Assembly: GCF_009914755.1 (NCBI RefSeq)
Contig: NC_060935.1
Direction: 5' to 3' (one strand)
Source: the human T2T-CHM13v2.0 reference genome, Homo sapiens
Length of the DNA: 64,000 nt
Shown here: piece by piece, positions 46,602 to 62,247 of the stretch
Position numbering within the stretch: position 1 is the first letter of the stretch
How the letters are laid out: each line of letters opens with the position of its first letter
The notes under the pieces: model-generated
The model's database searches: none
What the model saw: only the letters and a program-made list of their open reading frames with translations
What the model was told of the DNA's origin: nothing
Program-made: the position numbers and the translations under genes

Positions 46602-47699
46602 GTAATAATAAGACTAAAACTAGACCCAGTGTCCTGATTCCTGGCCAAGTGCTCTTTACTTTTTACAAATTCCAGCTGCCCTTTTTTAGGTGGAGAAAAT
46701 CCCAGTGGTGTCAGTGAATAAAGGAACAAAGGAACCCAGGAGAAAGTCCTTGGGAGGCTGGCAGGGGAGAATAAACAAACCAGGAATGATCCCCCTCTTT
46801 AGGAACATCTGATTTGCTGTGACTTAACTCTGAATATTTTCAAATTTCTGATTCCAAAACATTTACATTCACCAGGAGTACTGAATGTAATTACTTCCTT
46901 TTTGTCTCAAAAATTGCAAAAATTAGGGGATGTACAACAACCACAGAAGGAATTCAGGAGCTGAGGTGAAAAGGGGTAGCACCCAATCTGCAAAGCCAGT
47001 GGGAGCCTTTTTAGCCACAGCACTGGGGAAGCTGCCATCTTTGAGCTCCATGATTAAAGCAACTGCAAATTAGTTTCAGCAAAGGTCTTTCTCCTTAAAT
47101 TGAAAAGCACCGTGTAATGGAATTTCATAGACGCTGCTTTGGAAATGACTTCATACCTCACTCTGTTCAGAGCTGAGAGGTGGCCACATGCCATGAATCA
47201 TAAGAGGCTGAGGCTCTCGAGGGGCTGGTGAACCATCCTCTGACTTCAACATCTAGATGCTCACAGACAACTCGCCCCCATCCGTTAACCTAGGAAGGGA
47301 ATTACTCATCTCAGAGCACTGGAGTCACTTCTGCATGATTAGTAATCTTCTCTTCCCCCAACTCAGGCTACTTACTTGCAAACTGTGCTTTGTACCACAG
47401 TCAGGCTCCTAGGGGTTGCTAGCTGCAAACAGATTGCCCAGGTACATGCATTTTAAGTAAAAGGCTTTGAAAAGCTATGGGATTTGGGGGCTTTAGGAAG
47501 ATTTCCAATAAAAATGATAAAGTCAAGCTGACAAAGATACATACGGAATGCCACGCTGTTTTCACTGACCACCTTCGCTTTCTTGGGGTACTCTGTGAGA
47601 CCCCATCTTTCCAAATTGTTGGCAGCTTTACGGTCAACCAAAGCAGGCTGTATTTCAGTGTCAAGTCTGATTGATTAATATTTTCAAACAGCTCAAATG

Positions 47700-48280
47700 T
47701 TTAATACATTTATGCATAAAAAATGCATTAACTTCTACTATGTGCCAGGCACTAGGTCAGGCACTAAATTACAACAGTAAGTAGGACTATCAATCACAGT
47801 TCTCATGGTGCTTATAGTCAAATGATGGAGACAGGATGTATTCAAATAATATGACGCATGTAAAATTGCAATTATGACAATAATTGAAAGTCCCTAGGCT
47901 TTCAGGGAATCCTGAGAGAGCCCAGGAGAGGGGAATTAGACCTGGTCAGGGTCTAATTAGACCAAGTCAGCCCTAAGAAAGTGACCCTTGAGCTGAAACT
48001 AAAAGGTAAGGAAGAGCTAACCAAATGGAGAGAGAAGAGGAAAGCACTGAGGCAGAGGACACAGTGTGGGCAAAGCCCTAGAGTGGCAGGGGCATGGTAA
48101 GGACTGGAAACAGAGCCCATATGCATTAAGCTTAATGAGCGAGGGGAGCCTGAGGAAGAGGCAGACCCCTCAGGGTTCCACAGGACACCCAAAGGAGTTC
48201 TGTCTTTGTTTACAATGCAAATTGCATGGCATGGAAAAGTTTTGAATGGAGGTGAGGGCGGAAAGGTGGCCTCATCCAAA
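47700..48280 (-). mobile_element. L2 fragment
   Basis: ctactatgtgccaggcactagg ... gaaagtgacccttgagctga ... gtgggcaaagccctagag. Confidence 0.65.
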
Positions 48281-49379
48281 TGTCCCTCTGCTTGCAGCAT
48301 GGAGGTTGTATTGGGTTGGGGCTCATAAGCTGCTTGCCAAAAACCCATGAAGGGAAGTAGGTGTTTAAAGTCTTCCCTGCCCTGATGGTGACCTGATTCA
48401 CCCAGAATCTCAAGGCCAATCACACAGCCAGCTCAGGTATTCAGGACACCAGTCTCCTACCACAAAGCTCCTTCTACTACAACATTGCTTAGTAGTAGCA
48501 TAATTTTCAAGATATGATGTTATCACCTGGGCAATAAGTTGGTAAACCAGGCAGCACATCCTTTCACCTCTCTGGGAAGCTACCCACTGACACAGGTAAC
48601 AGCACTGACAATAATCAGCATTCAAGTACCAAGCCCAATACTGGGGTCATCACTTTTCCAGCTACATACCCCCTGTGTAGGAGAGATGTTCAAGTGTGTG
48701 CTCTTACAAATGATGATAATAATTTTAAAAATTTAACCTCCAGTCATTACCTATGTGCTTATGTATTGGTGTTGAGGAAGAAAGCAGGTTATCAAAAGGA
48801 CCAAGCTACCTGAACACATTCCAGGAACAGGAACTAGGGCTCAACTTTTGTGGTGATTTATTTGCTCAAGAGTTATTGTACCCATTCTGTTAAATTATTT
48901 CACATTTGCTGATCATTTAATTAAAACATCTACTTAAGGTAATGGTATTATAAATGTTTAAACTGTTATCACTATGTTTTTCTATTTATAACAACTGTGT
49001 TGTAACCATACTACACAGATACAGTCCACCCAGAGACCCTGCCCCGTTCCCCTCTGCACAGTCAGCCAGAGTGGCTCATGTGTCCACTCTCCCACTGTTT
49101 CAGTTTAAAAATCATAATTATACTACCCAGAAGGAGGTGCTCATGAGCTCATCAGCATCCTTTGACCACATCAGCACAGATTCAGTTATTTTAGAAATCA
49201 GGGTTCTGCACAAATGAAAGGGAAGACAGATGAGCCTTGATTGGGAGACAAAGGAGGGTGGGGAGATAAAAAGGCAGACCCAGAGGTACCTGTAGTGGCA
49301 ACTGGCAGACTCAAAGGCATCAAGTGCCAGGAATGGGAGGTACCAGATCTGGTATACCCTTGGCTTACCCTTGGCTTAT

Positions 49380-50103
49380 TGGTGTGGCAGAGAAAAACAC
49401 ATACTCAACAAACCCTATTTCCTTTTCCTCCTGGGAACATGCCTACATGACAATTCCATCTACCCTTTCAGATAGGTGAAGCCATGTGTCTTCTACCCAA
49501 TAGAGTGTAAGCAGAAGTGATGTGTGCCAGGCCTGGCCCATAAAAAGCTCTGGCAGAATCCTCCTTGCTCAATTCCCCCACCCTCCTGACAAATGGAGAA
49601 GCCTCCATTGACTTAGAGCAGCAGTTCTCAATTCAACCAGGGGCCATTTTGTCCCTTCCCCCAGGGGCATTTGGCAATGTCTAGAGACATTTTGCATTGA
49701 CACAACTAGAAGCATGTCCTACTGGAATCTAGTGGGTGGAGGCCAGGGATGTGGCTAAACATCCTACAGTGCACAGGACAGCTCCCACAACAAAGAATCA
49801 TCCAGCCCCCAAATGTCAACAGCACTGCTAGTGAGAACACTGAACTAGTGGGGGTAGAGCCACCGGGTGGGTTCTTGAATGACTGCCTGGAGCAGAGTGC
49901 CACACCCGCATGTGTGCACACACACATACACACCCATGCACATATATACATGCACACACATCACACGTAGACACATACACACACACATGCACACACACTG
50001 ACCTGTATGAGCTAGGAATTTCAATAAGAAATAAACTTTCATTGTGTTAAGTCGCTGAGATTCAGGGATAATAGCAGCTAGCATTATTTACTTTAGCAAA
50101 TAC
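49380..50103. mobile_element. MLT1 LTR containing a MER20 (49619-49842) and a (CA)-rich tract
   Basis: MLT1 segments (gtaagcagaagtgatgtgtgcc; aaataaactttcattgtgttaag) flank the MER20 cagcagttctcaa ... tgagaacactg. Confidence 0.75.
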
Positions 50104-50469
50104 AATCACCAGGGGTTAATCTTTCCATGGAGGACAAGCATGCCCTTAGCAACAGCTGCCTCACTTGGCAGGTACAGGGAAGGCTTCTGGAATAAAGAAG
50201 TGAAGGGCAATGGAGGCCTGGCCCTGTCCTTCAGTCACGAGGCCCACAAGGCAATGGGGGTAAAAAGGCCTAGGGTACAGGGGGAGTTTCAGAGCTCTTT
50301 CACTCTTCATGACCGGAGGCGGCACCTTTGGGAAGAAACTTAGCAACTCAGCCCAAGAACACAATCCGAACCCCACACCTACCCAGGAGAAACACAACAA
50401 CAGCCAGAGGCAGCATCAGCACTAACCCCCGTCTTCTTCCTCTCTCCCTCACCCTTTTTTTGTCTGACA

Positions 50470-50950
50470 GGGACTTGCTGATAATAATCAACAAGGTCCT
50501 TTTAGTGTATGGGCCGGTCTTGCTGTGACTAATAAGATGATTGGTTGTATATATCCTCTTTATGGTTGTTCATTATATCACCCTAACATAAAGTAATTTA
50601 ATTTCAGTGGGATAATTAGGGTATTTCTAATCTAACTGATAGTCTGAATGAAATGAGATTCTCAGAGGGAGATTTGTGTATCAGGAGACTGGTGACCTCC
50701 GGCCCCAATTTTCACACAATGTATTAATCTGACAGCCCGACTTCCCAGGCACACTGCATCCATATATTTCTGAGCCTGTGGGTTACAGAGCACAACCACA
50801 AATGAGATTACTTTATTTATAATGAGATTTCCTTGGGCTCAAGGAGACAGATCATAATATTTTAACTGAGGCCTTCAGACTGACAGAGCATCCATACGTT
50901 AACTCAAGCCCTGAGACGCAAATGTATCAAAGAGGGAGTGAGGCCCTGTC
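50470..50950. promoter_or_regulatory. Candidate conserved non-coding element / enhancer
   Basis: Repeat-free, TAAT-rich block (TAATTTAATT, GATAATTAG, TATTAATCTGACAG, TGATTGG). Confidence 0.35.
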
Positions 50951-51171
50951 TAGGGTCTCAAAGACGAAGCTCAGCAGGAGAAACAAAAATGGAACCCTGT
51001 GAGATGTATGCCTGACTGGGACGGGTCAGGGCCACCCCCACAGGGGTGAGGGCCACTGGAAGACCCCTGACTGTCACCTGTTCCCTTGAGGAGGCTGCAG
51101 AAAGAATCTGCTCAGTATGTCTGAAATGGGGGGACAAAGAAAGATACTGCTGGAAAGAAAAGGTAGTGAAG

Positions 51172-51527
<356 letters not shown>

Positions 51528-52168
51528 CTACTGCCTGTCTCCACCCCCCCAGAACATCCCCCTAGGAGCAGACCCAGCTCACCTCTGTCCTCCAGGCAGG
51601 CTCCAAACCTTTCAATTAGAGCCACTCTTTTACGTTAGTCATTGGAGGCAGGATGCTGGTTCTTAGGAAAATCTGCTACTGAAAACACTCCTCATTCATT
51701 CACTGAGTGCCCACATGTGCCAGGCGCTGCTCGGGCCCAAAACGGACAAAGCCTAGTTCCAGGCTCCTTCCATTCTTCTGGTTTTATCGCTCAAAACTTC
51801 TTGGTAAATTTCTTTTAGAGTTTAATGTGAGGTGGGAAAAAAAGTCTGTTTCTCTGGAAGAAAAACTGTTTTCTTTCATGAGATAATGAGAATTATGCAG
51901 CTCATCTCATCTTGTTCCCCTTGTTTTCTTGGGTGCTTGGAAGCTCAGAGATGAATGTCAGGCAGTAGCAGCATTAGGTTAGGATTTGGGACCTATTTTC
52001 CTTCTTATTTTCTATTTCCTTATTTTTTCAAATAAAGGAGAAAAGCTTTATTTAAATGCATCATTTAACAAAACACTTCAAGTTCAATTTGAAAATAATA
52101 TATTTTATTTTTTAAATAAGCCAAAATAGAAGCATTGACTTACAAAAAGCCACTGTTAAAATTCCTTT

Positions 52169-52756
52169 AGTGGCTTATGCCTGTAATCCCAACATTTTGG
52201 GAGGCTGAAGCAGGAGGACTGCTTGAGGAGTTTGAGACCAGCCTGGGCAACATAGCGAAACCCTGTCTCTAAAAAAAATTTTTTTTTTTGAGATGGAGTT
52301 TTGCTCTTGTTGCCCAGGCTGGAGTGCAAAGGCGCGATCTCACTCACTGCAACCTCCGCCTCCCAGGTTCAAGCGATTCTCCTGCCTCAGCCTCCCAAGT
52401 TAGCTGGGATTACAGGCACCTGCCACAACACCTGGCTAATTTTGTATGTTTAGTAGAGATGGGGTTTCTCCATGTTGGTCATGCTGGTCTCAAACTCCTG
52501 ACCTCAGGTGATCCGCCTGCCTTGGCCTCCCAAAGTGCTGGGATTACAGGCATGAGCCATCGCACTCGGCCTTTTTTTTTTTTCTTTAAATTAGCCAAGC
52601 ATGATTGTTTGCGCCTGTAGTCCCAGTTACTCAGGAGGCTGAGGTGGGAGGATCACATGAGCCCAGGAAGTGGGCGCTGCAGTGAGTTGAGATCGCACCA
52701 TTACACGCCAGCCTGGGCAACAGAGCAAGAGACTGTCTCAAAAAAAAAAAAAAAAA
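52169..52756. mobile_element. AluJ (+) split by an inverted AluS (Sp/Sq-like, -, about 52278-52572)
   Basis: J left arm, antisense AluS in the linker, J right arm at about 52586-52756. Confidence 0.85.
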
Positions 52757-53059
52757 GTCCTTAGTAAGTGTTTACTAGGTGCCTAATTAATAACTGCCCT
52801 CTGGTCGGCGTGTGGCACAGGTCCTTTCCTAAGCACTTCATGTCTCACAATAGCCCCCTGACGTAAGCACTAGTACTATCCCCACTTTAAAGATAAGGAA
52901 ATGAGGCAACAGAAAAACTAAGTAGTTTGCCCAAGATGGCACATTCAGTAAGGAGTAGAACCAGGACTAAAGGGGTAGTCTGACACAAAGGCTGCCCTCT
53001 TAACCATTGCCCCTCAGCATATGCAACATACTGGGCTAGGCAGTAAAACATGTATGTGA

Positions 53060-53593
53060 CATATACTTGATGCCTCCGCAGCTGCCAGCATCCTCTGAGC
53101 CCCACTTTACACTCCAGCCATTGGTGCAGTGACCAGCCTGCTCAGGTATGACCTGCCAGCACCTAGCCGTGGCAGTATGGAGAATCGTTGGCTTTCCCCC
53201 CTGGGGTGTCTCTCCCCGAACCTCATGGGAGCCTGGCAGAATCTGCTCAATGATTCTGACATGTTCACACGTTTGGAAAAGAGTGAGAGCTCACACCCAC
53301 GAGCCAAGCCTTGGCCAATGGAAGATGGAGCTAGTAGATAAATGTTCCCCATTTCTGTCCTGTGAGCAGAGAATTCTCAGGCCGGTTCCGCACAGCTCCT
53401 CAGGGATCCTAGGGGGATTTAGCCCCTGGGGCCCACACTGTTCATTGGCTCAGGAGTGCTAGGTTGGTCGTCATCTGTCTCATTCACTTTTCTTGACCCC
53501 TCACTCTTTTTCCTTGAAATCAATTTCTAAAAAACAACCTTTATGCAAGATCTTAGCTCAGCTCTGCTTTTGAGGTAAATCAAGGCTAAGACA
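53060..53593 (+). mobile_element. LTR16-like ERVL LTR
   Basis: ccttggccaatggaagatggagctagtagataaatgttcccc ... ctcagctctgcttttgagg ... ggctaagaca. Confidence 0.6.
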
Positions 53594-53767
53594 CTACAGT
53601 TCCTTGTTTGAGGAGTTCAGATTAGGGTGACCTATCATTACAAGGGGAAAAATTCAGTAACAGTGCATAAGAATTTATGATTAAATAGCTAAAAGATCAA
53701 CTCAAGCTATGAAAATACAAGAGTGCAGAGAAGAGAATGCAGAAATTATTGTAGGAAACTGAAACAA

Positions 53768-54071
53768 TTTTTATTATTATTATTTTTTTTTAGACAGGGT
53801 CTCACTCTGTCACCCAGCCTGGAGTGCAGTGGCACAATCACGGCTTACTGCAACCTTGACCTCCTGGGCCCAGGTGATCCTCCCATGTCAGCCTCCTGAG
53901 TAGCTGGGACTACAGGTGCCTGCCACCACACCTGGCTAATTTTTGTATTTTTCGAAAACATGGGATTTCACCATGTTGCCCAGGCTGGTCTCAAACCCCG
54001 GGGCTCAAGCGATCCACCCACCTCAGCCTCCCAAAGTGCTAGGATTACAGGCATGAGCCACCGCACCAGCC
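53768..54071 (-). mobile_element. AluJ
   Basis: Dimeric Alu. Confidence 0.88.
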
Positions 54072-54074
54072 TAT

Positions 54075-54235
54075 AATAAAATTTTATTGGAGCATGGCCA
54101 TGTTATTCATGTACATGTTGTCTATGGCTATTTTCCTATTACAGAAACAGAACTGAGTATGTGCAACACAGACCTATGTATGGCCCACAAAGCTTAAAAT
54201 ATTTACTGTCTGACTGTTTATGGAAAAAGTTTGTG
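54075..54235. mobile_element. MER58-like hAT DNA transposon fragment
   Basis: ttttattggagcatggccatg ... tggcccacaaagcttaaaatatttact ... aaaaagtttg. Confidence 0.7.
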
Positions 54236-54634
<399 letters not shown>

Positions 54635-56212
54635 TCAGACAAAGGTAGAAAGAGACTGCAGAAGAACAGGAGCAAGAATATTCCAGCTAGAGGCAATGGT
54701 TTAACCAAAGACAGAGAGGTGAGAAGCAGGTGGTCACAGGCAGTTTACTATTGCAGGAGACGAAGAAACTACAGTGGAAGTGATGGCACATGAGGCTCCA
54801 GGCAGAGGTTTCCTTAAGTTCTCTGATGCTGGGTTATTTCTCTCATTTTAGGATATTTCCTTCAATAGACAAAGATGCTGTAACAAAGAATATCCCCAGA
54901 GCCTGGTATGTACCTTTTACTGAAGGGAGTTTATGTGAAGTTTGTCCCATTTATGTTCTTCTGATGAGCAGTGGGAGCCTCTGCTCCTAAAGCCACCCTC
55001 TTTGCACCTGGGCATTCCTGACATGAAAGAGCCACCCCTTTGCCTGCCTGGGATATGCCAGCTCCTGTCTTCTGCTCCTGCTGCTGCTAAAACAGCCACA
55101 GCTGAGTTGTGGCCATAGCAGTGAGAGTCCACTGGGTGCTCTAATGAGGTCTCCCTAGTCGGCCTGACTTGTGGTTTCCGGGTCTGAGGATCCAGTAATG
55201 TGTGGCAAGAACAATCATGGAAGACTTGCTGCACAGCCCGGTAGACAACACTTCTTTATACCATTGGAAAAGCGTGTCCTGGGTGATCCAGCAAGGTCGA
55301 GAGCGAGTTACTTTGGTTCTTTCAAGAAACATTCACTCAGGCCAAAATATATGCCAGGCAAGGTAATATACTGATCAAGATACTATCCTCCCTCGAGGGG
55401 CTCACAGTCTACTGGGGGAGATCGACATGCAAATTAACCCACACCCCAGTGGGGGAAATGCTGCCCTATGACTCCTTGGGTCACGCGATGGGGTGAGGAA
55501 AGGAAGTGGCTCTGCCTGTGGGAGGGTCAGGGAAAGCACTGGGAGAGAAGATGCTCAACTAGCTTCCCCAGAAGGCCCTGGGGGCAGCGCAGTCCCAGCA
55601 CGTGCAAAGCCGAGAAGCTGTGAATCACACGTCTCACCTGGGGAAATGCTCGGAATGATGGTTTGCTCACCTAAGCATGACCTAACTTCCACTACACATC
55701 TGTCTGATTTTCAAAGAACTGTAAGGCACTCAAATGCCGTAAGCTGGAACATATTTTAGGCTCTCGTGGGGCTCCAGGTTCATTGCCACAAACATCAGTT
55801 ATTACTGCACTGATAAGTGAAGAAACAACAGTTAGCAGAGCTTTCTGGTTGACTGATTTCAGATAAGCCCACTTTTTCCTTTGCCCATATGTAGACAGAA
55901 CCAATAAAATGGATCTAAACTCTACACAAGGCCAGGCTGCTTGATCCTGATGAAGGAGGTCGGCACCCACCCTCTGCAAGCTTTGGCTTCCTCTGGAGCT
56001 TTGGCTTCCTCTGGAGTCAGAGAGGTCATGCCGCTTCTCCAATGAGGGTATCTTGTTTTCTGTATGTGTATTGCTTTAGAGCATGATGCTGCAGAATTCA
56101 GTTATAAGGTGTTGCTTCCCTCTGGCACTCTCTAAAAACTTGTTGACTAGCTCCAAGAGGAGGGAAAAGGTAATCCAGTAGATGACATAGGAATCGTATC
56201 AGTTCTATAATG

Positions 56213-56488
56213 GGCTGGGTGCAGTGGTTCAGGCCTCTATTTCCAGCACTTTGGGAGGCCAAGGCAGGAGGATCACTTGAGGCCAGGAGTTCAACATCAG
56301 CCTGGGCAACATAAAAATTTTTTTAAATTTAGCAGGACATGGTGGCTTGCACCTGTAGTCCTCACTACTCAGGAGGCTGAGGTGGGAGGATCGCTTGAGC
56401 CCAGGAGTTTGAGGTTACAGTGGGCTGTAATTGTGCCACTGCACTCCAGCCTGGACAACACTGTAAGACCCTGTCTCTAAAGAAAAAA
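56213..56488 (+). mobile_element. AluJ
   Basis: Diverged dimer with a shortened left arm. Confidence 0.85.
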
Positions 56489-57129
56489 ATTATATTAATA
56501 TAATGGCCATCATTCTTTGATTGTCAGGCACCGTGTTAAGAGATTATTATAAACATTATTCCAGCTAGACCTCACAAGGAAAGACTCATTCATTCCTTTA
56601 AACAAATGAGGAAACTGAGGCAGAGAAAGGCTAAATACCTTGGTTCACACTAGTTATACTAGTTATAGAGCAGGGACCAGACACATTTCTCTGGTTTCAG
56701 CCCAAGCTCTTTAACAGCTAAGTGGTGCTGCTTCCTACAGGTAAAAAAAAAAAAAAAAAAAAAGCTGAGTTGCTTTTACTTATTTAAAAGCAGACTTGCT
56801 CTTTGCTGCCATGTGAAATTAAAATATAGATCTAATCCTTGCTTTTCATTTGAAAAGAATTTTTTAAGGCAACTCTTAATTAAATCAATAACAGGCTACT
56901 TGCCCTCCTTCCAAAATGCCAGGTTGGGCTGGTGGGGTAAAGAGAGACCTAAAATAAGCCTGTCCTGAGTCACCCTAGAATGGCTGTAGGTAGTGGCAGA
57001 CCTGGAAAGTCTAGTAAGAGCCACTAGTTAATCACGTAAGACAAATCCGTGTTCCTTCTTCCAGTGACTGAAGGACAGCGGGCAGGGATGCTATGAGGAG
57101 CTGCTGCAGAGAAAGGGACAGGACACCAG

Positions 57130-57724
57130 GCAGCCTCCCTCCACAGGAAGGTCATCTGCCTGCTTGCTCTTAGCTCCAGTCCTACCCTTCCATGATCTGC
57201 TTTTATTTTAGGGGCACTAGGATCCCCCCAAGCCCCCTTGCTAGCTAGCTTCTGATTTGGTCCTAGCAGTGGGAGGCACTGGGGACGTTTGGAAGGCAAG
57301 AAGAGGGGAAGGAAGGACTCTTCCTTATTCCAGCTCTGTCAGAAATCCTCCAGCAGCAGTCAGCTATGGGCGCCAGCTTCCCCGGCAGCTCATAACAGCC
57401 TCCTCCATCCCAGCCCCAGCACTTAGCATCCCCTCCTCATTCCCAGCACTGACTCAGCACAGCCCTTCCTCCAGGGTCCCAGCACCCACCCAGGATCCCA
57501 TTCTCTGAAGTTCTGGGCTCTGGTAATATTATGTTCTCTCTGTTGTTCCCCCAGCACTAAAAGTAAGGTTTTCTGCAGTTGCCAATCTCTGTATTATATC
57601 ACTGTCTTTTTGTTTGCTCTTTGAGTTCTTCCAATAACTGTGTTGCCAAATCTCTGTATTCAACTCCTTCTGTTTGAAAGACCTAGAGAAGTTTCTGTTT
57701 TCTTGACTGGACCCCAGCTGACAT
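57130..57724 (+). mobile_element. LTR33-like ERVL LTR
   Basis: gcagtgggaggcactgg ... ctgcagttgccaatctctg ... gtttctgttttcttgactggacc. Confidence 0.55.
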
Positions 57725-57973
57725 GCTCCATGTGTATGTCCACAGCTGTTAGAAAAGATATTTCCAGGACTTTCACTTCACTGACTCCTCCCTCACCATC
57801 CTGATTGTCCTGTTTGGGGCATACTCCCCTAGCTTTGGTCCTACCTAGTAATAAAGTCTACAGTTTACTGACCACTTATTATGTACTTTGCAAATATTAT
57901 TACACTTAGTCATTATGCCTAACACAGGGAGCTATACAATATTTTAAAGAAATTAATTAAAAACCCTAAGGCT

Positions 57974-58214
57974 GGCCGGGCACGGTGGCTCACACCTGTA
58001 ATCCCAACACTTTGGGAGGCTGAGGTGGGTGGATCACAAGGTCAAGAGATCGAGACCATCCTGGCCAACATGGTGAAACCCCGTCTCTACTAAAAATACA
58101 AAAATTAGCTGGGCAGGAGAACCGCTTGAACCCAGGAGGCGGAGGTTGCAGTGAGCCGGGATCGCGCCACTGCACTCCTACGGAGTGAGACTCTGTCTCA
58201 AAAAAAAAAAAAAA
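57974..58214 (+). mobile_element. AluS (Sc-like) with an internal deletion in the right arm
   Basis: aaaaattagctgggc joins directly to aggagaaccgcttg; TSD aaaccctaa. Confidence 0.85.
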
Positions 58215-59119
58215 CCCTAACACTGAGGTCACATGGCTATCAAAGAGAATGAGTCGACATAGGAACTGAGGCACCTCTGAAGTAGCCCAAGCACTTCATC
58301 TACTCTCCTGCCTCCTCTTATCTCTTTTGCAAAGGTCTGTTCTGGGCTCTTTGATCTGTGCTTTCCTACCTCTTTTTTTTTTTTCTGTCTCCTATTCCTT
58401 TCTCTCTACTACCTGAGTAAAATGTTTATCTTTTAAGAGGCCCCCTACTTCCTGCCCTCAAAGGGACTAAGTACTGACTACTTGGTACCTGAAGATCGGG
58501 ATTCTTTTCTACTCCCTCAGACCTTGCTAGTAGTCTAGGCTTATCCCAGTAACCCAGCCATCTCCCATGGCCTAGCCTTTTCTCATTGGCTCAGTCCACT
58601 CCCCTTAGCCCTGCCCCCTCCTACTTGTAGATCCTTCTCCAAAAGTGGTCTAGCCTTCCACTATTTGCACGGCAGGGAGATCTGGTGCCAACTCTCCCCT
58701 GATGGGGGTGCAGGCCGTGAGAGGTAAAGCATGAGAGAATATGAAAAAGCTTAATAAACATCCTAAGGAAATCTGCTTCAATGGCTATTTAGGAAAGAAC
58801 TGCAGTTACCGCATCAATGGCTGACATGCAGATACATACATACATACCAGTGAATATTCCAAAACAGTCTATCCTCCTTAGGAGTTTCAAGATTTCCCTG
58901 ACAATATTTACGTATACTGTTGGCTCATTTGGTGAACTATTTTTGAATAAGTAATGCAAGGGTAAATATCAGTCCCTAACAAAGAGAACTTAAACATAAT
59001 TTGTAAAACAAACTGATAATGCCAAGTTGCTGGCATCTAGATGCCCATTTTCATTGTTTCAGATTTGCCTATCGAGGCTAAGATGGAAATGGAGAAAACT
59101 AACACTGATTTCTTTTAAG

Positions 59120-59350
59120 GTAGAATAGTTAACAATGACTAAACTTGCACATTTTGTCAAGCACTGCGTTCAGAGCTTCGGGTGCCTTATCCCATTTAAT
59201 CCTCATAACAATCCAGTGAGGTAGAGTCTAGAATTCTTACCATTTCCATGTTACAGATGAGGCAACTGAGTCTTAGACAGATTAAGAAACTTGTTCCCAG
59301 GCATTGCTGGAGAAAGCAGGTGTCACCTGACAGTTTATCTATGGGGGCTG
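59120..59350 (-). mobile_element. MIR
   Basis: atttaatcctcataacaa ... ttacagatgaggcaactgag. Confidence 0.7.
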
Positions 59351-59509
59351 CACCCTTCACCACCACACCACCTGTCTCCCCTCGCTGGCCAGTCCCCCGT
59401 TCCCTACTGGCACAGCTTTCTTTTGGCAGTTTGGCCCTGAATACACTTCAGGATAAGTTCCTTCGTTGTGATAAGCAGGGCCCACGATCTCTGACAGCTG
59501 TTCCCCGCT

Positions 59510-59810
59510 CTTCATCATCATCTGAAACAATCAGTAAGCATTAGAGAGTACTTTTCCCTTTACAAAGGTGATAATTAGATAACAAGCTGAGATTAAAGTA
59601 ATTACAGTTAGACAGCTGGCGAGGCAGCACAGTCATGTTGAAATATTGTTGGTACTTCAGCATCTGGTTCTAATAACAGCATAGGCTAAAGGATTTTACA
59701 TTAATTACAGAACATAATTTAATATAAACATATTTAATTACAATTGATGAGCGATAAACTGTTCAAGAATGACTTAACCCCTTCCGCGTGTCAAAGTGAT
59801 GGGAACTTGG
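59510..59810. promoter_or_regulatory. Candidate conserved non-coding element / enhancer
   Basis: Very dense homeodomain motifs (GATAATTAG, TAATTAC, ATTAATTAC, TTTAATTACAATTG) and a CAGCTG E-box. Confidence 0.4.
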
Positions 59811-61041
59811 GGCAGGCTGTGGCCAGTTCCACCGTCTTTCTCCCCTCCCTGCCACGTCCTCCACATCCCCCTGGCACCCCCTCCTGGACAAACCCCCCTC
59901 CCCAAAAAGGAATGTTCTAGGAAATGATGTGTGGCTCATTGATTACCCCATGGGTATTTGGCCACCCTTAGAATGCCAGGAGAAAAGGAGGCTACAGGGC
60001 ACCACAGTCTGTGATGCATCACTGTGGCCCGACCCTCCTCTTCCTCTCATTGCCCGAAATGAGGCAATTCGCCGCTCCTCACCTGCTCTTCCCACACTCT
60101 CACACCTTCAAGGGGTGCTAGGTTTGCTTCCAACAGTCCACGAACAACCTATTAAACAGTCTGCAGATCTCATAGAACAAGTTTAAAGGTAAATCCATTT
60201 TCTTTATGAAATCATGACTACAAAGTCCCTGGGCACAACAGTCAGGGTATTTTCACAATTTAAGAGCCAGTGTGTAACACCTGGAGATTTCTACCTGTGA
60301 CAGAGCATTATTCCATCAGGAATTCTTCCTTACCTGCCGCCTAGCCCCATCTCTACCCGCAAAACTGGCAGAAGCTGACCCTGGGTGAAGCAGTTTATAA
60401 CACGGGATCGCACAGACATGCTCTCCACTGAATAAAGGCCTCAACCACCATTAACTGCACATTGTCTTTCCACAGGCCCCTTTGTGAATGGGAGACATTT
60501 GACAGCCACAAAAGCCAAACAGCACTAGCTCTCACTCGTATTGAGGTAACCCAGGAGTCAACCCAAAGAAGCTACAAGGCTGGTCCTTCCTAAGAGAGAG
60601 TGAGTAGCCCTGAGTGAGTTAGAAAATTCACTGTCAAGTTGCCCTATGTGACAAATGATGGGAAATTATAAATAACCTCAAATGCTGTTTTTACCTCCTG
60701 CTGTGGATTTCAAAGTAGAAAGCATACATTGTCCTAAAAGCTAAACTGAGTGCTGAAAAAGATAGTTTATTATTCACAAGTAAGCAAGTGCAAACTACTT
60801 CTACAGAAATTACGGGCAGGTGCACGTAAAGTAAAATTAGTGTGAAGATTCAGGACAAGAGAGAAACAGCCACTTTCAAAGTGAAAGTGGTTTTATACCT
60901 ATCCTTTAGGAAAAAAAAAGAGTTTAGTTGCTTAACATAGCAAATCTGCAATCTGAGTAAGAATTATAAAGTACTTTTTGTAGATGAAGTGCTCCTGTGG
61001 AAGGGAGGAAGAAACAAGAAGGGAAAATAATCAATAATGCA

Positions 61042-61366
<325 letters not shown>

Positions 61367-61600
61367 TAAAAAAAAAACAATTTAAAAATAGGCAAAGGAT
61401 TTGAATAGGCATTTTTCCAAAGAAGGTATACCAAAGTCCAATAAGCACATGGAAAGATGCTCACCATCATTAGTCATCAGGGAAATATTACTTCACAGAC
61501 ACCAGAATGGCTATTATCAAAAAGATGATAACAAGTGTTGGTGAGGATATGGAGAAACTGGGACCCTCAGCCATTGCTGGTGGGAATATAAAAGGCACAG

Positions 61601-62247
<647 letters not shown>

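Noticed and set aside
55979-56017. 18-bp tandem duplication (agctttggcttcctctgg x2)
   Set aside because: Ordinary slippage duplication with no sign of function.
59032-59045. 14-bp palindrome GGCATCTAGATGCC
   Set aside because: Several palindromes with 7-bp arms are expected by chance in 64 kb.
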